Assembly (NCBI GenBank): GCA_963724765.1
Contig: CAVRVY010000002.1
Coordinates: 128,001-192,000 of the forward strand
Direction: 5' to 3'
From: an uncultured delta proteobacterium
GTDB taxonomy: Bacteria; Desulfobacterota; Binatia; Binatales; Binataceae
DNA length: 64,000 nt
Shown here: piece after piece, positions 1-9,866 of the stretch
Layout of the letters: the number at the start of each line of letters is the position of its first letter
How positions within the stretch are numbered: position 1 is the first letter of the stretch
Position numbers and translations under genes: made by a program
The notes under the pieces: generated by a model
Told to the model about the DNA's origin: nothing
The model's input: the letters and a program-made list of their open reading frames with translations, nothing else
The model's database searches: none

Positions 1-153
1 GACACCGATTTCGTCAAGCGCGCCGGTGAGCAGGCCGGCCGCGAAGCGTTCCTCGAACCGCAATTCAGGATGGGCATGGATCTGGCGGCCGAGACCGATC
101 GCCTGATCCTTGAAGCGATCGATCGACCGGCAGATATCGTCATGAATAGCCAT
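1..153 (-). CDS. M20 family metallo-amidohydrolase/peptidase, N-terminal part (runs off window)
   Basis: Hand translation of the minus strand from ATG at 153: MAIHDDICRSIDRFKDQAIGLGRQIHAHPELRFEERFAA...; IHAHPELxFEE is the typical M20/ACY1-like N-terminal motif. Confidence 0.8.
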   Translation of the reverse strand, partial: MAIHDDICRSIDRFKDQAIGLGRQIHAHPELRFEERFAAGLLTGALDEIGV

Positions 154-247
154 CGGGGAGACTCCTTGGACTCTTGCGCGCGTGCGATTGGCGGCAACTC
201 GCCTCACGGATGCGCCCGAGCATGCTACCAGAGCGCGCGTGCCGCGG

Positions 248-1186
248 TCAGCCGCGGCCATCCGGGCCGCCGAAACGTTTGGCCAATTCCGAGGTGTAGG
301 TTCTGCCGACCAGGTCGGCATTGCTTTGAAGCCATGAGCTGAGCGCGGTGGGGCAGGTCGGCGGACCGTTGGAGACCAGCAGGCTCGCCATCAGGCCGTC
401 GATCTCATCGCGGGTCAGTGTCACGTCGCCGAGCGCGTAACCGATAAAGCGCGAGAAGAGCAGCGCCACGCGCGGCGGGACGGGAACGAGGAACGTCGTG
501 CGTCCGAGCGCGCGGGCAATCGTGCGCACGAAATCCCGGAAGCTATAAATCTCTGGTCCGACGGCGTCAACGATGCGGTTGTCGGCGCTGGACGCGCCGC
601 TGACCGCGAGCGCGGCGAGGTCCGCGACGAACACGGGTTGCACGCGGTAATCGCCGCGGCCCGGGATGGCGAAGAGCGGGAAGCGGCGCACGAGCCACGC
701 GATATTGTTGACCAGGACGTCTTCGACGCCGAAAATCAGCGTCGGCCGCAGGATCAAATACGACAGTCCCGACTGCGCGATCTCGCGCTCGACGATTCCC
801 TTGCCGCGAAAATAGGGCAGAGGCGAATCCTCGGCAGCGCCGGTGATGCTGATATGGACGATCCTGCGGACGCCGGCCTTCCGGGCGGTGCGCAATAACG
901 TGCGGATGTTCTCGACCGCGGTATCGAAAGTCGCGCCCCGATACGGGAAGCGAATCCAGTAGGTATTGAAGAGTGTGCTCGCGCCTTCAAGGCTTTCGGT
1001 GAGCCTATCGGGCGAGCCGAAATCCATCGGTGCGATCTCGAGCCGCTCGCCGAAGGGATTGGGTTGCGACGGATGCGCGGTCAGGGTTCTGACGCGCGCG
1101 CCACGCTCGAACAGCGCGCGGCCGATGTAGCGGCCGGTGTAGCCGAGCGCGCCGGTGACGACGTTAAGCTCGCCGGAGGTTGCCAT
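248..1186 (-). CDS. NAD(P)-binding SDR / NDUFA9-like epimerase-dehydratase family protein
   Basis: VTGALGYTG Rossmann motif, YFRGK (YxxxK), LRPTLIFG. Confidence 0.8.
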   Translation of the reverse strand: MATSGELNVVTGALGYTGRYIGRALFERGARVRTLTAHPSQPNPFGERLEIAPMDFGSPDRLTESLEGASTLFNTYWIRFPYRGATFDTAVENIRTLLRTARKAGVRRIVHISITGAAEDSPLPYFRGKGIVEREIAQSGLSYLILRPTLIFGVEDVLVNNIAWLVRRFPLFAIPGRGDYRVQPVFVADLAALAVSGASSADNRIVDAVGPEIYSFRDFVRTIARALGRTTFLVPVPPRVALLFSRFIGYALGDVTLTRDEIDGLMASLLVSNGPPTCPTALSSWLQSNADLVGRTYTSELAKRFGGPDGRG

Positions 1187-1204
1187 GCGTGCGAAGCGCG
1201 CCGC

Positions 1205-3352
1205 TCAAAGCCGCGGCGATTGCTCCGGCGCCACGACCACCGCGACCGCGCATCCGGCACGGCGCAGAATCTGGTCCACCCGGCTGCCGAAGTGCAGGCG
1301 CTGCTCGGCCGAACGGAACAGCGCGCCCATCATGAGCAGGTCGAATTTGCCCTCCTTGATTGTGCGCAGGATGACGCTCTCGGCGTTGACCCCGGTTTCG
1401 ATGCGAGTCGCGATGTTCAGTTCGAGCTGTTCTGCGAGTTCGCGGATTTCGCCGATGGCCTCCTCTCCCTCGCCGCCCGCTGCCGCGCCGCCGGCGAGCG
1501 TGCGCAAGTCCAGGAGCGAGCGCTGGCGGACCTAAAGCGCGGTGGTTTCGGCGCCGGCCGCGTGCGCATAGAGCATCCCGACCGCCGCGCCCAGGCGCGC
1601 GAACGACGCTCCGCTCACCGGCACCAACAGCTTGCGCATCGGCATCGCGGCGCCGGCATTGCTGGCGATCACCACCGGCGCGCGGACCACGCCGAGCAGG
1701 CCGCGCAATACCTCGCCGCCGAGCACGGCGTGGCCGTGGACCTGCGAGGCGCCGGCAAAGATGGCGTCGTAGCCGCGTTCGCTCTCCTGCAGAATCGCCT
1801 CGATGATCGACTCGCCGCTGCCGGTGCGCTGATAGACATTGGTGGCGCCGGCGGCCGTGGCGATCTCCTTGAGACGCGCGAATTGCGCGTCGAATGCGGC
1901 GGTCGCGCCGGTGCCTCCGTTGGAATCGCCGGTTGCGGCGTGGAACACCGTGATGCTCGCGTCGGAGGATTTGCCAAGCGTGGCGGCAAGATGGGCCGCC
2001 AGTTCGGCATGCGGACCACCGCCGCTCAGCACCAGCAGCTTCGCACCCGCCGTGCGCAGCGGCAGGCGGGCCAGGATGCGGTCGCGCTCGGCGCGTTCGG
2101 CGTCGCCCGGGCGCCGGCTCACTCCGCGCAACGCCCAGTTGAGCAACGGTGGCGTGGTAACCGAGGTGACGACCGCAACCGCGACGATTACCGTGTACAT
2201 CGCGGGCGTGAGCACGCCGAGGCTGAGTCCCAGCAGGGCCAGGATGATTTCCATCCCGCCGCGCGCATTCATCCCGAAGGCCACTGCCAGGGCCTCGCGG
2301 AACTGAAGTCCTCCGAGCTTGCCGCCCAGCAGAGCGCCCGCGATCTTCGCCGTGCACGCCACCCCGAGTACGATCAGCGGGACGTAGGGGCTAGTGAGCG
2401 CCGAGAGATTGGTCTGCAAGCCCGAGTAAGCGAAGAACACCGGCGCCATCAGGCCCATCGTGACTGCCTCGATCTCCGCGCGGTCGCGCGCCCGCACGCG
2501 CGGCGCGCGGCTCAGCATCAGCCCCGCTACGAAGGCGCCGAACACCGCATGCAAGCCGATCGCCTGGGTAACGATCGCGCAGACGAACGCAACCAGGACC
2601 ATCGCGCTGAACTTTCCATGCTCGGCCGCGCCACGGTCGTCCACCCATCGCATCAGCCACGTCACCAGCCGCACGCCCACGAAATAGCAGAACACGATGA
2701 AGGCGGCGGCCTCGCCGAGCAGCAGCCCGATCGAGGCCGGCGAGAGCGCGCGGCCGCTTGCCAGCCCCGCAACCAGCGACAGCAGGAGCCATCCCGTGGT
2801 GTCGTCGATCAATCCGGCGGCCAGAATCAGCATTCCCAGCTCGCGGCGCATCAAGCCCAATTCGATCAGGATCTTCGCAATCACCGGGACTGCCGAGATT
2901 GCGATCGCCACGCCCATGAAGAGCGCGAAGATGAGCCGCTGGTCCGGCGCGGCGAGATATTGCGCGGGCAGCATCAGGCCCAGGAGCATCCCCGCGCCGA
3001 ACGGAATCACCATCCCGCACACCGATACGCAGGCGGCGGCGCGGCCCTGGCCGCGGAGGATATCGAGGTCGGTTTCGAGCCCGATGTAGAGCAGGAGCAG
3101 GATGGCGCCGGTCCAGGCGAAGGCCTCGAGCAGATGGCGCGAGATCGGGTCGCCGCCGAAGCACGCGGCGAACAGGCCCGGCGCCAGGTTGCCGAGTACC
3201 GAGGGGCCGACGATCACTCCGGCGAGCAGCTCTCCGATGACCGGGGCCTGCCCCAGACGTTTCGCCAGGTCGCCCAGCGCGCGGCTTGCGAACAGCAGCA
3301 GGGCAAGCTGGACGAGGAAGCGAAGAATCTGCGCCTCGCTCAAATGCGACAA
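1205..3352 (-). pseudogene. CPA2-type cation:proton antiporter fused to two universal-stress (USP) domains, interrupted by one in-frame TAG at 1532-1534
   Basis: KefB-like TM domain (LGQAPVIGELLAGVIVGP, GMNARGGMEI), then USP domains; ORFs 1532-3352 and 1205-1507 are in the same frame: ETTAL*VRQRSLLDLRTL...FGSRVDQILRRAGCAVAVV. Confidence 0.7.
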
Positions 3353-3533
3353 CGGGTTGCTCCAGGGGGGAAAGCGCGCATCCGGGCGCGGCGCGCGAAT
3401 CCAACGATAGTGAACACGCTAACGGCGCGATGCAGGCGGGTCAACGCAGTAGTTCGGCGGCAATTCGATCGGGATATGAAATGCTCGCATCGTAAGCGGC
3501 GCACGTAGCGCGAATCGCGCGAGGCCGCTCCAC

Positions 3534-3571
3534 AAAAAATGCGCGGCCGCCTCCAGTCGGCGCGGCCGCGC
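3534..3571 (-). terminator. Rho-independent terminator downstream of the LLM monooxygenase
   Basis: GCGCGGCCGC/GCGGCCGCGC stem (3541-3550/3562-3571) followed on the minus strand by T6 (A6 at 3534-3539). Confidence 0.6.
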
Positions 3572-3595
3572 GCGTTGAACCGGGAAGCTAGACGC

Positions 3596-4813
3596 TCACG
3601 GACGGATGCGGGTGACCGGCTGGTCGGCTATTTCGGATGGCTTCTCGCCCTTGGCCTCGCGATGTTGCTTGTAGTCGTTCATCGCGGTCAGGATTCCAGC
3701 GACCGACTTGTTGAACAGCAACTCGCGCTGCGCGGCCGCCCATCGCTGGGAGTATTCGATTTCGGCCACCGTGCCCTGGAACTGCGGCATCACGTAGCGC
3801 GCGAATAACTCGTACGAACGCAGCGTCTTCTCGCGCGACGCCCATTCGTGGGCGAGTCCGAGCAGCCCGCCAAAGCCGCCGCTGACCTCCTGGATCTCGC
3901 GGATGCGCGCGATCGCGTCGGCCGGGGTGCCGACGATCGCTCCGCCGCGCGCGACCATCCGATCGATCGTCATTTCCTCACGCGGCTGGCCCGGATACTC
4001 CTCGAACTGGATCTTCGCGCCCAGGGTGTCGATGAAATAGTCCTGGATCCACGAGTTGCCGCCCTCGCGGATGTCGTCGAGCGCCTCCTTTTTGGAATCC
4101 GCCAGGTGGATCGGCATCACCATCCGCCAGTTGGCGCGGCTAACCGTCTTGCCGTGCTCGGCGGCGGTCTCCTCCGCCACCGCCCATCGCTTGGGCAGCC
4201 CTTCCAGGCCGCCGGTGGCGAACGCCGCGACCGACAACACGCCGCATCCAAGTTCGCCCGCCGCGACCATCCCCGAGGGCGAGATCGTATTGGCGACGAA
4301 AATCGGCATGTGCGGCTGCTGGTAGGGCTTGACCTGGAGATGGGCGTCGTTGAGACGAAAGAAAGAGCCGTCGAGCGTGATGCCGCCCTCCTCGATGAAA
4401 AGCCGCATTATTGCCTTGACGCCCTCGACCATCTGGCGCCGCTGCTGGGTCGTGTCGATCCCCAGCATATGCGCGTCGGCCGCGAGCGCGCCCGGACCGC
4501 ATCCGAGCATCACGCGCCCGCGCGTCAGATGGTCGAGGAGGGCATAGCGGTTCGCGATGTTGAAGGGGTTGTGGTACGGGACGCTGACCACGCCCGAGCC
4601 GAGCATGATGCGGCGCGTGCGCCCGGCGGCGGCGGCGATGAAAATGTCCGGCGACGAGATGATTTCCCATCCCGAGGAATGATGCTCGCCGATGAAGACC
4701 TCGTCGTAGCCGGTGCTATCCAGCCATTCGATTAGTTCCAGGTCGCGCTCGAAACAGAGCGTGGGGTTTTCGCCGGCGCGATGGAATGGCGCCATGAAAA
4801 TGCCGAATTTCAT
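3596..4813 (-). CDS. Luciferase-like (LLM) flavin-dependent monooxygenase, limonene 1,2-monooxygenase-like
   Basis: MKFGIFMAPFH, FIGEHHS, LDHLTRGRVMLGCGPG, SYELFARYVMPQFQ. Confidence 0.85.
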   Translation of the reverse strand: MKFGIFMAPFHRAGENPTLCFERDLELIEWLDSTGYDEVFIGEHHSSGWEIISSPDIFIAAAAGRTRRIMLGSGVVSVPYHNPFNIANRYALLDHLTRGRVMLGCGPGALAADAHMLGIDTTQQRRQMVEGVKAIMRLFIEEGGITLDGSFFRLNDAHLQVKPYQQPHMPIFVANTISPSGMVAAGELGCGVLSVAAFATGGLEGLPKRWAVAEETAAEHGKTVSRANWRMVMPIHLADSKKEALDDIREGGNSWIQDYFIDTLGAKIQFEEYPGQPREEMTIDRMVARGGAIVGTPADAIARIREIQEVSGGFGGLLGLAHEWASREKTLRSYELFARYVMPQFQGTVAEIEYSQRWAAAQRELLFNKSVAGILTAMNDYKQHREAKGEKPSEIADQPVTRIRP

Positions 4814-5184
4814 CCGGTCCTCCTATCGTTCGCCTGGCGCGCGCTGGCGCCTGGGCCGCCGGGCAGCTCCCAAAAAGGGCTTCCACGCCACCTTACGACG
4901 CTGGCTGGCGGGGGGACAATAGCCGAAACGGGAAACGCGCGAATGCGTCTAATTACTCGAGGGGATCGGCGGATCGGCGATGAGCGCGGCGGAGAAAAAC
5001 GAATAAAAGTGCCACACGAGCGTCGGATCTAAACGCGTCATATAGCGGTACCGGCTTGCTCAAAGCGGGGGCAAATAGGAAGATCAAGCTGGAACGTTGG
5101 ATCTTTCGCGGTCCGAGCTTTGCAATTTGGCCTGGAAATTACCTTGAAATTCGGGTTCGAAATTTGCAGTCGAGGATAGTCGCA

Positions 5185-6351
5185 ATGCTGAGCTTAAGAG
5201 GCCGCGCCGGATGCGGTCGGACAGCGACAGCGGTGGTGGCGATGCTCGCGGCTTTCCTGTTCACCGCAGCCGGCCCGGCGGCGGCACAACAGCACGGGTA
5301 CGTTCCGCCGCCTCAACCGCTCAACAATGGCCAGGGCGGCTCGGTACTTGAATTGCCGACGACGCCGCGCAGCCAGCAGGGCGGTAACGACGCGCTCACG
5401 ATGCCCCAGCTCAGTCCGCAACCAGGCCAGGAACTGGAACTACCCTCGCGCGCGCTACGCAATCAGTCAGGCTACGAACAGGTGACGGTCACAGTGACCG
5501 ACCAGAACGGCCGCTACGTGACCGGCCTGCAGAAGGGTGACTTCCGCATCTACGTGGACGGTACGCAACGGCCGCTGGAGTTCCTGCGCCAGGACCTCAA
5601 CACGCCGGTGTCGGTGGGAATTCTGGCCGATACCTCGGGCAGCATGGAGCCCAAGCTCCAGCAGTTGCGCGCCGCGATTTCGCAATTCATCGACAATCTC
5701 AACTCGCAGGACGACGTGTTCCTGTTCGCGTTTTCCAACCGTCCGTTCCTGCTCCAGCCATTCACCACCAACCATTTCCTGGTCAGGAGCCGGCTCGCGC
5801 TGCTGCACGCCTATGGCCAGACCGCGCTGTTCGACACCATCATGGACGGCCTGATCATGGTAAGGCACGGGCGCTACGATAAAAAAGCGCTGCTGGTCGT
5901 GACCGACGGGATGGATAACGCGAGCCAGGCGACATTGCAGCAGGTGGTCGGGCAGGCGCGGCGGATGGGCGTGCTGATCTATTCAATCGGAATCGGCGAC
6001 CCGAACTCGGGCGGAATGGGAATCGCGATCGGGCCGTTCATGTTCGGCGGCGACATGGACCACGTCGATACGCAGACGCTTACCGAGCTGTCCAACGAGA
6101 CCGGCGCGCGCACCTTCGTGGTGCGCGAGGTCGGCGACGGTGAGGCGCTGCGCGAGGATTGCGCGGCGATCAGCAATGAGCTGCGCGAGCAGTATACGGC
6201 CGGCTTCGTGGCGTCCGACCCCTCGCGCCCCGGCTATCGCAGCCTGCGCGTCGACGTGCCGGGCCGTCCGGAGCTTGCGGTGCGCGTGCGCAAGGGCGTA
6301 ACGGTGGGTGGCGCGGGCACCGAGTACGCCGGGCCTGAGGGCGGCCCGTAG
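5185..6351 (+). CDS. Secreted VWA-domain protein (Acidobacterial VWFA-related type)
   Basis: Signal peptide (AAAQQ), VTVTDQNGRYVTGLQKGDF, MIDAS DTSGS...TALFD...VTDG; GAGGA SD before ATG 5185. Confidence 0.85.
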   Translation: MLSLRGRAGCGRTATAVVAMLAAFLFTAAGPAAAQQHGYVPPPQPLNNGQGGSVLELPTTPRSQQGGNDALTMPQLSPQPGQELELPSRALRNQSGYEQVTVTVTDQNGRYVTGLQKGDFRIYVDGTQRPLEFLRQDLNTPVSVGILADTSGSMEPKLQQLRAAISQFIDNLNSQDDVFLFAFSNRPFLLQPFTTNHFLVRSRLALLHAYGQTALFDTIMDGLIMVRHGRYDKKALLVVTDGMDNASQATLQQVVGQARRMGVLIYSIGIGDPNSGGMGIAIGPFMFGGDMDHVDTQTLTELSNETGARTFVVREVGDGEALREDCAAISNELREQYTAGFVASDPSRPGYRSLRVDVPGRPELAVRVRKGVTVGGAGTEYAGPEGGP

Positions 6352-6393
6352 GGCTCCGCCGTCAAGGCCGGGGCAGGGTACTCTGGCAACTGC

Positions 6394-6438
6394 GCAGCGG
6401 GGGACGCGTCCATCGGACGCGTCCCCTGCTGCTTTTTT
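6394..6438 (+). terminator. Rho-independent terminator
   Basis: GCAGCGGGGGACGCGTCC-ATC-GGACGCGTCCCCTGCTGC followed by TTTTTT. Confidence 0.8.
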
Positions 6439-6489
6439 GGTGAGCGCAGGCGGGGCCAGGCCTGGCTCGGATCGCTAGACAGCCCGTTC

Positions 6490-8217
6490 TTATGGATGTT
6501 CCTCATAGGCGCCGATCGACCACGCTGAGCCCTGGGGCCGCGGAGTGCCGTCTTTGTCGACGGAGAATGAACTTATCGTGGTGCCGGAATTAGCGATGCC
6601 TGAAATCGCCGAACAGCCGCTGGGACTGCCATTTGCAAAACACAGATGGTAGTTGGCGCCGGCTCCGGTGTCGTCACCGCTGCTGACAAAGCCTGGAGCG
6701 ATGCTCGAGCTGGTGGGACAAGTACAGGAGCCGCAATAATTGCCCACCTCGCCAGAGCGCATGGTCGCATTGTTCGTTTTCCAGGTGGGAACGGTGCCGT
6801 TGTAGCAACTGATTGGGCCGTCGCCGCCGGCGCCGACATCGAATATCTCATTATTTTCGAATACCTCGTTACTAAACGTTGCACCGTATATGAATGCTTC
6901 CTGTGAAATATGATCTATGGTGTTGTTGTAATAGCTATTCCCGGATTGTGGACTGCCATCGAGCTGAAGCCCCTGATTCAGATTTGCGAATACATTGTTG
7001 CGAAACGTGTTGCCCGTCACCGTGCCTTGGAATGAACCCATTTCGACGCCCCAGGTAGTCCAGGGAGCGGTGTCTGAATCGCTACAACTGTTGCTGTCGA
7101 ACAGGGTATTTACCAGTCCGCCGGAAGCCGTGCCATTGTCCCAGGTCTGGAAGCAGTCGGTATGCGCCTCATTCACGTCGATTGGGTTGGCGACGGTGCC
7201 GTGCGGAAGATCGTGCAGATTGTTGTGGGCGATAACGTGATTGCGCCCAAAGACCCGAATCCAGTCGGCATCGTCGGCAGGGTCTCCGGTGGGGAGCAGA
7301 TCGGGAGCCTGGCACACGGAAAATATTCCACCCACTAGCTGGGGTCTTTGCTGCGTATACGAGACATCGTTGTTGGTAGCGGTCGTACCGGTGCCATCTA
7401 TGTTCATGCCTGCCATCTGCGCGCGCACGATAGTGTTGCTGTCGAGAGTGATGTTGTCACCAACGGTACTCTCCTCGTAAATTCCTTCATGACAAAGATC
7501 GTGGACGTAAGAGCCAGTCACGGTATCGTCATGCGAAGTGCCGGAGATATACACACCGTACCCGTCCGGCGTCGTCGACTCCTGATGGGTCAATTCAAGA
7601 TTCTGAACGTCGATATAGTTCGAGCTATTCAGTTGCACCCCTTGCAATACGGCGGTCTGGCCCGTCGTGCTCCTCAAAGTGATATGGCAACCGGTCTCGC
7701 CCGATTTCCCGTTGAAGATTGCGATCTCTGCATATGTGCCAGCATTTACGGAAATTGTGTCACCTGCGGATGACATTGAAATCGCTTTCGCCACCGTCTT
7801 GTAGGGGGCCTGCGCGCTGCCGTTCCCTGTCGTATCGCTCCCGCCCAAATCTACATAAAGCGACTCGTTTGATGCGCAATTTGGTGTAGGGGTAGCCGCA
7901 GGCGTTGAGGTAGCCACAGGCGTTGGGGTAGCCACAGGCGTCCGCGTAGCCGCGGCGGTCGGAGTACTTGCAGGCGTGTGTGTGACCGCGGGCGTCTGGG
8001 TAGCAGCAGAAGATGGGGCTGGGGTGGCCTTCGGCTTTCGTGTGGGCGTCGGTGTCGGTGTAGGCTTTTCAGAACGCGACCGCACCAACAGTATCGGCGG
8101 ATAATTAGAGATGGACTGCGCCCAAACCTGGCGGACAGGAATGGCAGTGAACAGGAGCGCGCAGAGCGTTACGGTTGCGCCGAAAAGACGAGCTGCGAAA
8201 CCAAAAAATCCCTTCAT
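6490..8217 (-). CDS. Secreted right-handed parallel beta-helix protein (DUF1565-like start, polysaccharide lyase-like fold) with Pro/Thr linker and C-terminal choice-of-anchor Q-like motif
   Basis: Signal peptide, (TPAATP)n linker, YVDLGGSDTTGNGSAQAPYKTVAKA, Asn-rich beta-helix repeats, C-terminal DKDGTPRPQGSAWSIGAYE; visibly lower GC than flanks. Confidence 0.8.
   Translation of the reverse strand: MKGFFGFAARLFGATVTLCALLFTAIPVRQVWAQSISNYPPILLVRSRSEKPTPTPTPTRKPKATPAPSSAATQTPAVTHTPASTPTAAATRTPVATPTPVATSTPAATPTPNCASNESLYVDLGGSDTTGNGSAQAPYKTVAKAISMSSAGDTISVNAGTYAEIAIFNGKSGETGCHITLRSTTGQTAVLQGVQLNSSNYIDVQNLELTHQESTTPDGYGVYISGTSHDDTVTGSYVHDLCHEGIYEESTVGDNITLDSNTIVRAQMAGMNIDGTGTTATNNDVSYTQQRPQLVGGIFSVCQAPDLLPTGDPADDADWIRVFGRNHVIAHNNLHDLPHGTVANPIDVNEAHTDCFQTWDNGTASGGLVNTLFDSNSCSDSDTAPWTTWGVEMGSFQGTVTGNTFRNNVFANLNQGLQLDGSPQSGNSYYNNTIDHISQEAFIYGATFSNEVFENNEIFDVGAGGDGPISCYNGTVPTWKTNNATMRSGEVGNYCGSCTCPTSSSIAPGFVSSGDDTGAGANYHLCFANGSPSGCSAISGIANSGTTISSFSVDKDGTPRPQGSAWSIGAYEEHP
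7891..8016. repeat. Degenerate 18-bp tandem repeat (about 7 units) encoding the Pro/Thr/Ala linker
   Basis: GGTAGCCGCAGGCGTTGA / GGTAGCCACAGGCGTTGG / GGTAGCCACAGGCGTCCG / CGTAGCCGCGGCGGTCGG ... Confidence 0.75.
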
Positions 8218-8468
8218 CGATCTCCCCCCCGAGAGAAAGTCTTAGACGCGCGCAGTTCTTCATCAGGACCGCGTTCGCGCGTCGAAAATGTCGGCGACCG
8301 GCAGAAGTGGCCGGCCATTTTCGAGGGACCTGACCAAACAAGATGAGGCGGCCGCAGCAGGTGCGACCCGCAACCGGTGGGCTGAGCGAGATCCCTCCCC
8401 CCGAAAGATCTGTTCAGCTATGAATTGTAAGAATTTTAGGCAGTGCGGAATGAGGTGTCAAGCAAGTT

Positions 8469-8497
8469 ACTATAATTAACCAGTTGTTCTTAGTCAA
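8469..8497 (-). promoter_or_regulatory. Sigma70-type promoter for the beta-helix gene
   Basis: Minus strand TTGACT-17 bp-TATAGT in an AT-rich intergenic stretch. Confidence 0.65.
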
Positions 8498-8631
8498 TTT
8501 TGATTTTTTGGAACGTATATTTGGTTAATTTGACGTTAATTCACGTTCCTTTAAACTTTGCGAAGAAAATCCTTTTGCGTAATGGCCTTTCTGCGGCGTG
8601 CGGACGCATCGTCCTGCGGCAATCTCAGTCG

Positions 8632-9129
8632 CTATGGCACCATCACTCGCGGCAGATCGAGCACGGGCGTGGCGATGCCGGCCTGCGAGAGCATCGCGTG
8701 GACCTGGCCGCGATGGTGCGTCTCGTGATTGAAAAGATGCGCCAGCAGCATCCTTACCGGATTACGATATGACCTGCCTTCGTTGCTGACGTAGGCGATC
8801 TCGCAGTCGAGGAATCCTTCGCTCAGCCCGGCGGCGAACCGCTCGATCCGCTCATCCTCGCGCACCCGCGCCGCGCGAAGCTCATCGAAATCGTCGTACA
8901 GGATCGTGTCGAGCTGCGCCGACGACGCGACGCCTCCCTCGAACCGGGTCATCCAGTTTCGGTCGCCAACCATGATGTGGTTGAGGGTGCCGTGAATACT
9001 TTTGAAAAAGGCCTGCCGATTCTTTTTGCGCTCGGCGTCGGAGAGCCGGGCGCAGCAGTCGTACAACCGTTCGTTGGCGAGCCGGTTGTAGCGCGCCATC
9101 ATCTGGAAATGCTCAATCAGAGGGTGCAT
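8632..9129 (-). CDS. DinB family protein
   Basis: YNRLANERL, FKSIHGTLNHI, HLFNHETHHRGQ metal-binding His motif. Confidence 0.9.
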   Translation of the reverse strand: MHPLIEHFQMMARYNRLANERLYDCCARLSDAERKKNRQAFFKSIHGTLNHIMVGDRNWMTRFEGGVASSAQLDTILYDDFDELRAARVREDERIERFAAGLSEGFLDCEIAYVSNEGRSYRNPVRMLLAHLFNHETHHRGQVHAMLSQAGIATPVLDLPRVMVP

Positions 9130-9140
9130 CGCGACCCGCG

Positions 9141-9866
9141 CTACTCGTCTTCCGCTTCTGTCGGCGAATCAGCCGACGGCTTTACCGGGAAGGGCGCGAC
9201 GAACGTGCGTCCGATGTCAGGAAGCATATTGACGAACTTGATCTCGGCGAAGTCGCCCGCGACCTGAACTGCCGAGAGCGCCGCGTTGTCGACCCGGATG
9301 CGGCGGAAGTGGCGCAATTCCATCGCCATGAAGTGGCACAGCACGGTGCGGATGATATCGCCGTGGGAGACGAACAGGACGCGCTGTCCGTCGCCTTCGG
9401 CGAGCGTGCGCATCACCGCCTCGACGCCACGCGTCTGGACCTCGACGATACTTTCGCCGCCGGGCGTCGAACTCAGGATTGGCTCCTCCCGATAGCGCAG
9501 GTAATCCTCATCGACGATCAGTTCCTGGTAGTTCATGCCCTCCCAGCGCCCGTACTGGACCTCCGCGATTTGCGGGTTTTCGTGAATCGGCACGCTGCCG
9601 CCGAGGCCGGCCGCGATTATCTCGGCCGACTGGCGCGCCCGCACCAGCGGACTGGTCACGATAAGATCGGGCTTGAGAGCGCGCACGAAGTCGACCAATT
9701 GAGCGACCTGCGCGCGGCCGTGGCGGTCGAGTTCGACCGGGTTGCGGCCCATCACGCGGCCCTCGCGATTCCATGGCGTTTCGCCATGGCGCATCAGGAG
9801 CGCGACGCCGCGCACGCCGCCGGATTGTTTGAGTTTTTCCACCACGTAAAACGGCCCCAGTGCCAT
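9141..9866 (-). CDS. Histidine phosphatase (phosphoglycerate mutase/CobC-like) family protein
   Basis: LMRHGETPWN, SPLVRARQSA, VSHGD; start taken at MALGPF. Confidence 0.85.
   Translation of the reverse strand: MALGPFYVVEKLKQSGGVRGVALLMRHGETPWNREGRVMGRNPVELDRHGRAQVAQLVDFVRALKPDLIVTSPLVRARQSAEIIAAGLGGSVPIHENPQIAEVQYGRWEGMNYQELIVDEDYLRYREEPILSSTPGGESIVEVQTRGVEAVMRTLAEGDGQRVLFVSHGDIIRTVLCHFMAMELRHFRRIRVDNAALSAVQVAGDFAEIKFVNMLPDIGRTFVAPFPVKPSADSPTEAEDE

Noticed and set aside
1064-3508. Long antisense/alternative-frame ORFs (e.g. 814 aa here; also 31459-33414, 34335-36170, 21501-23057, 16749-18596)
   Set aside because: Shadow ORFs typical of high-GC DNA; they lie opposite well-supported genes and show no family motifs.
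7891-8060. CRISPR-like periodicity
   Set aside because: Contiguous 18-bp coding repeats without spacers, and no cas genes.
8255-8330. Hammerhead-ribozyme-like words on the minus strand (GAAA...UC, stem with CGAA loop, CUGAUGA at 8260-8266)
   Set aside because: Stem II cannot form (no G-C pair after CUGAUGA) and the stem III/cleavage-site register is off by two bases; most likely coincidental.
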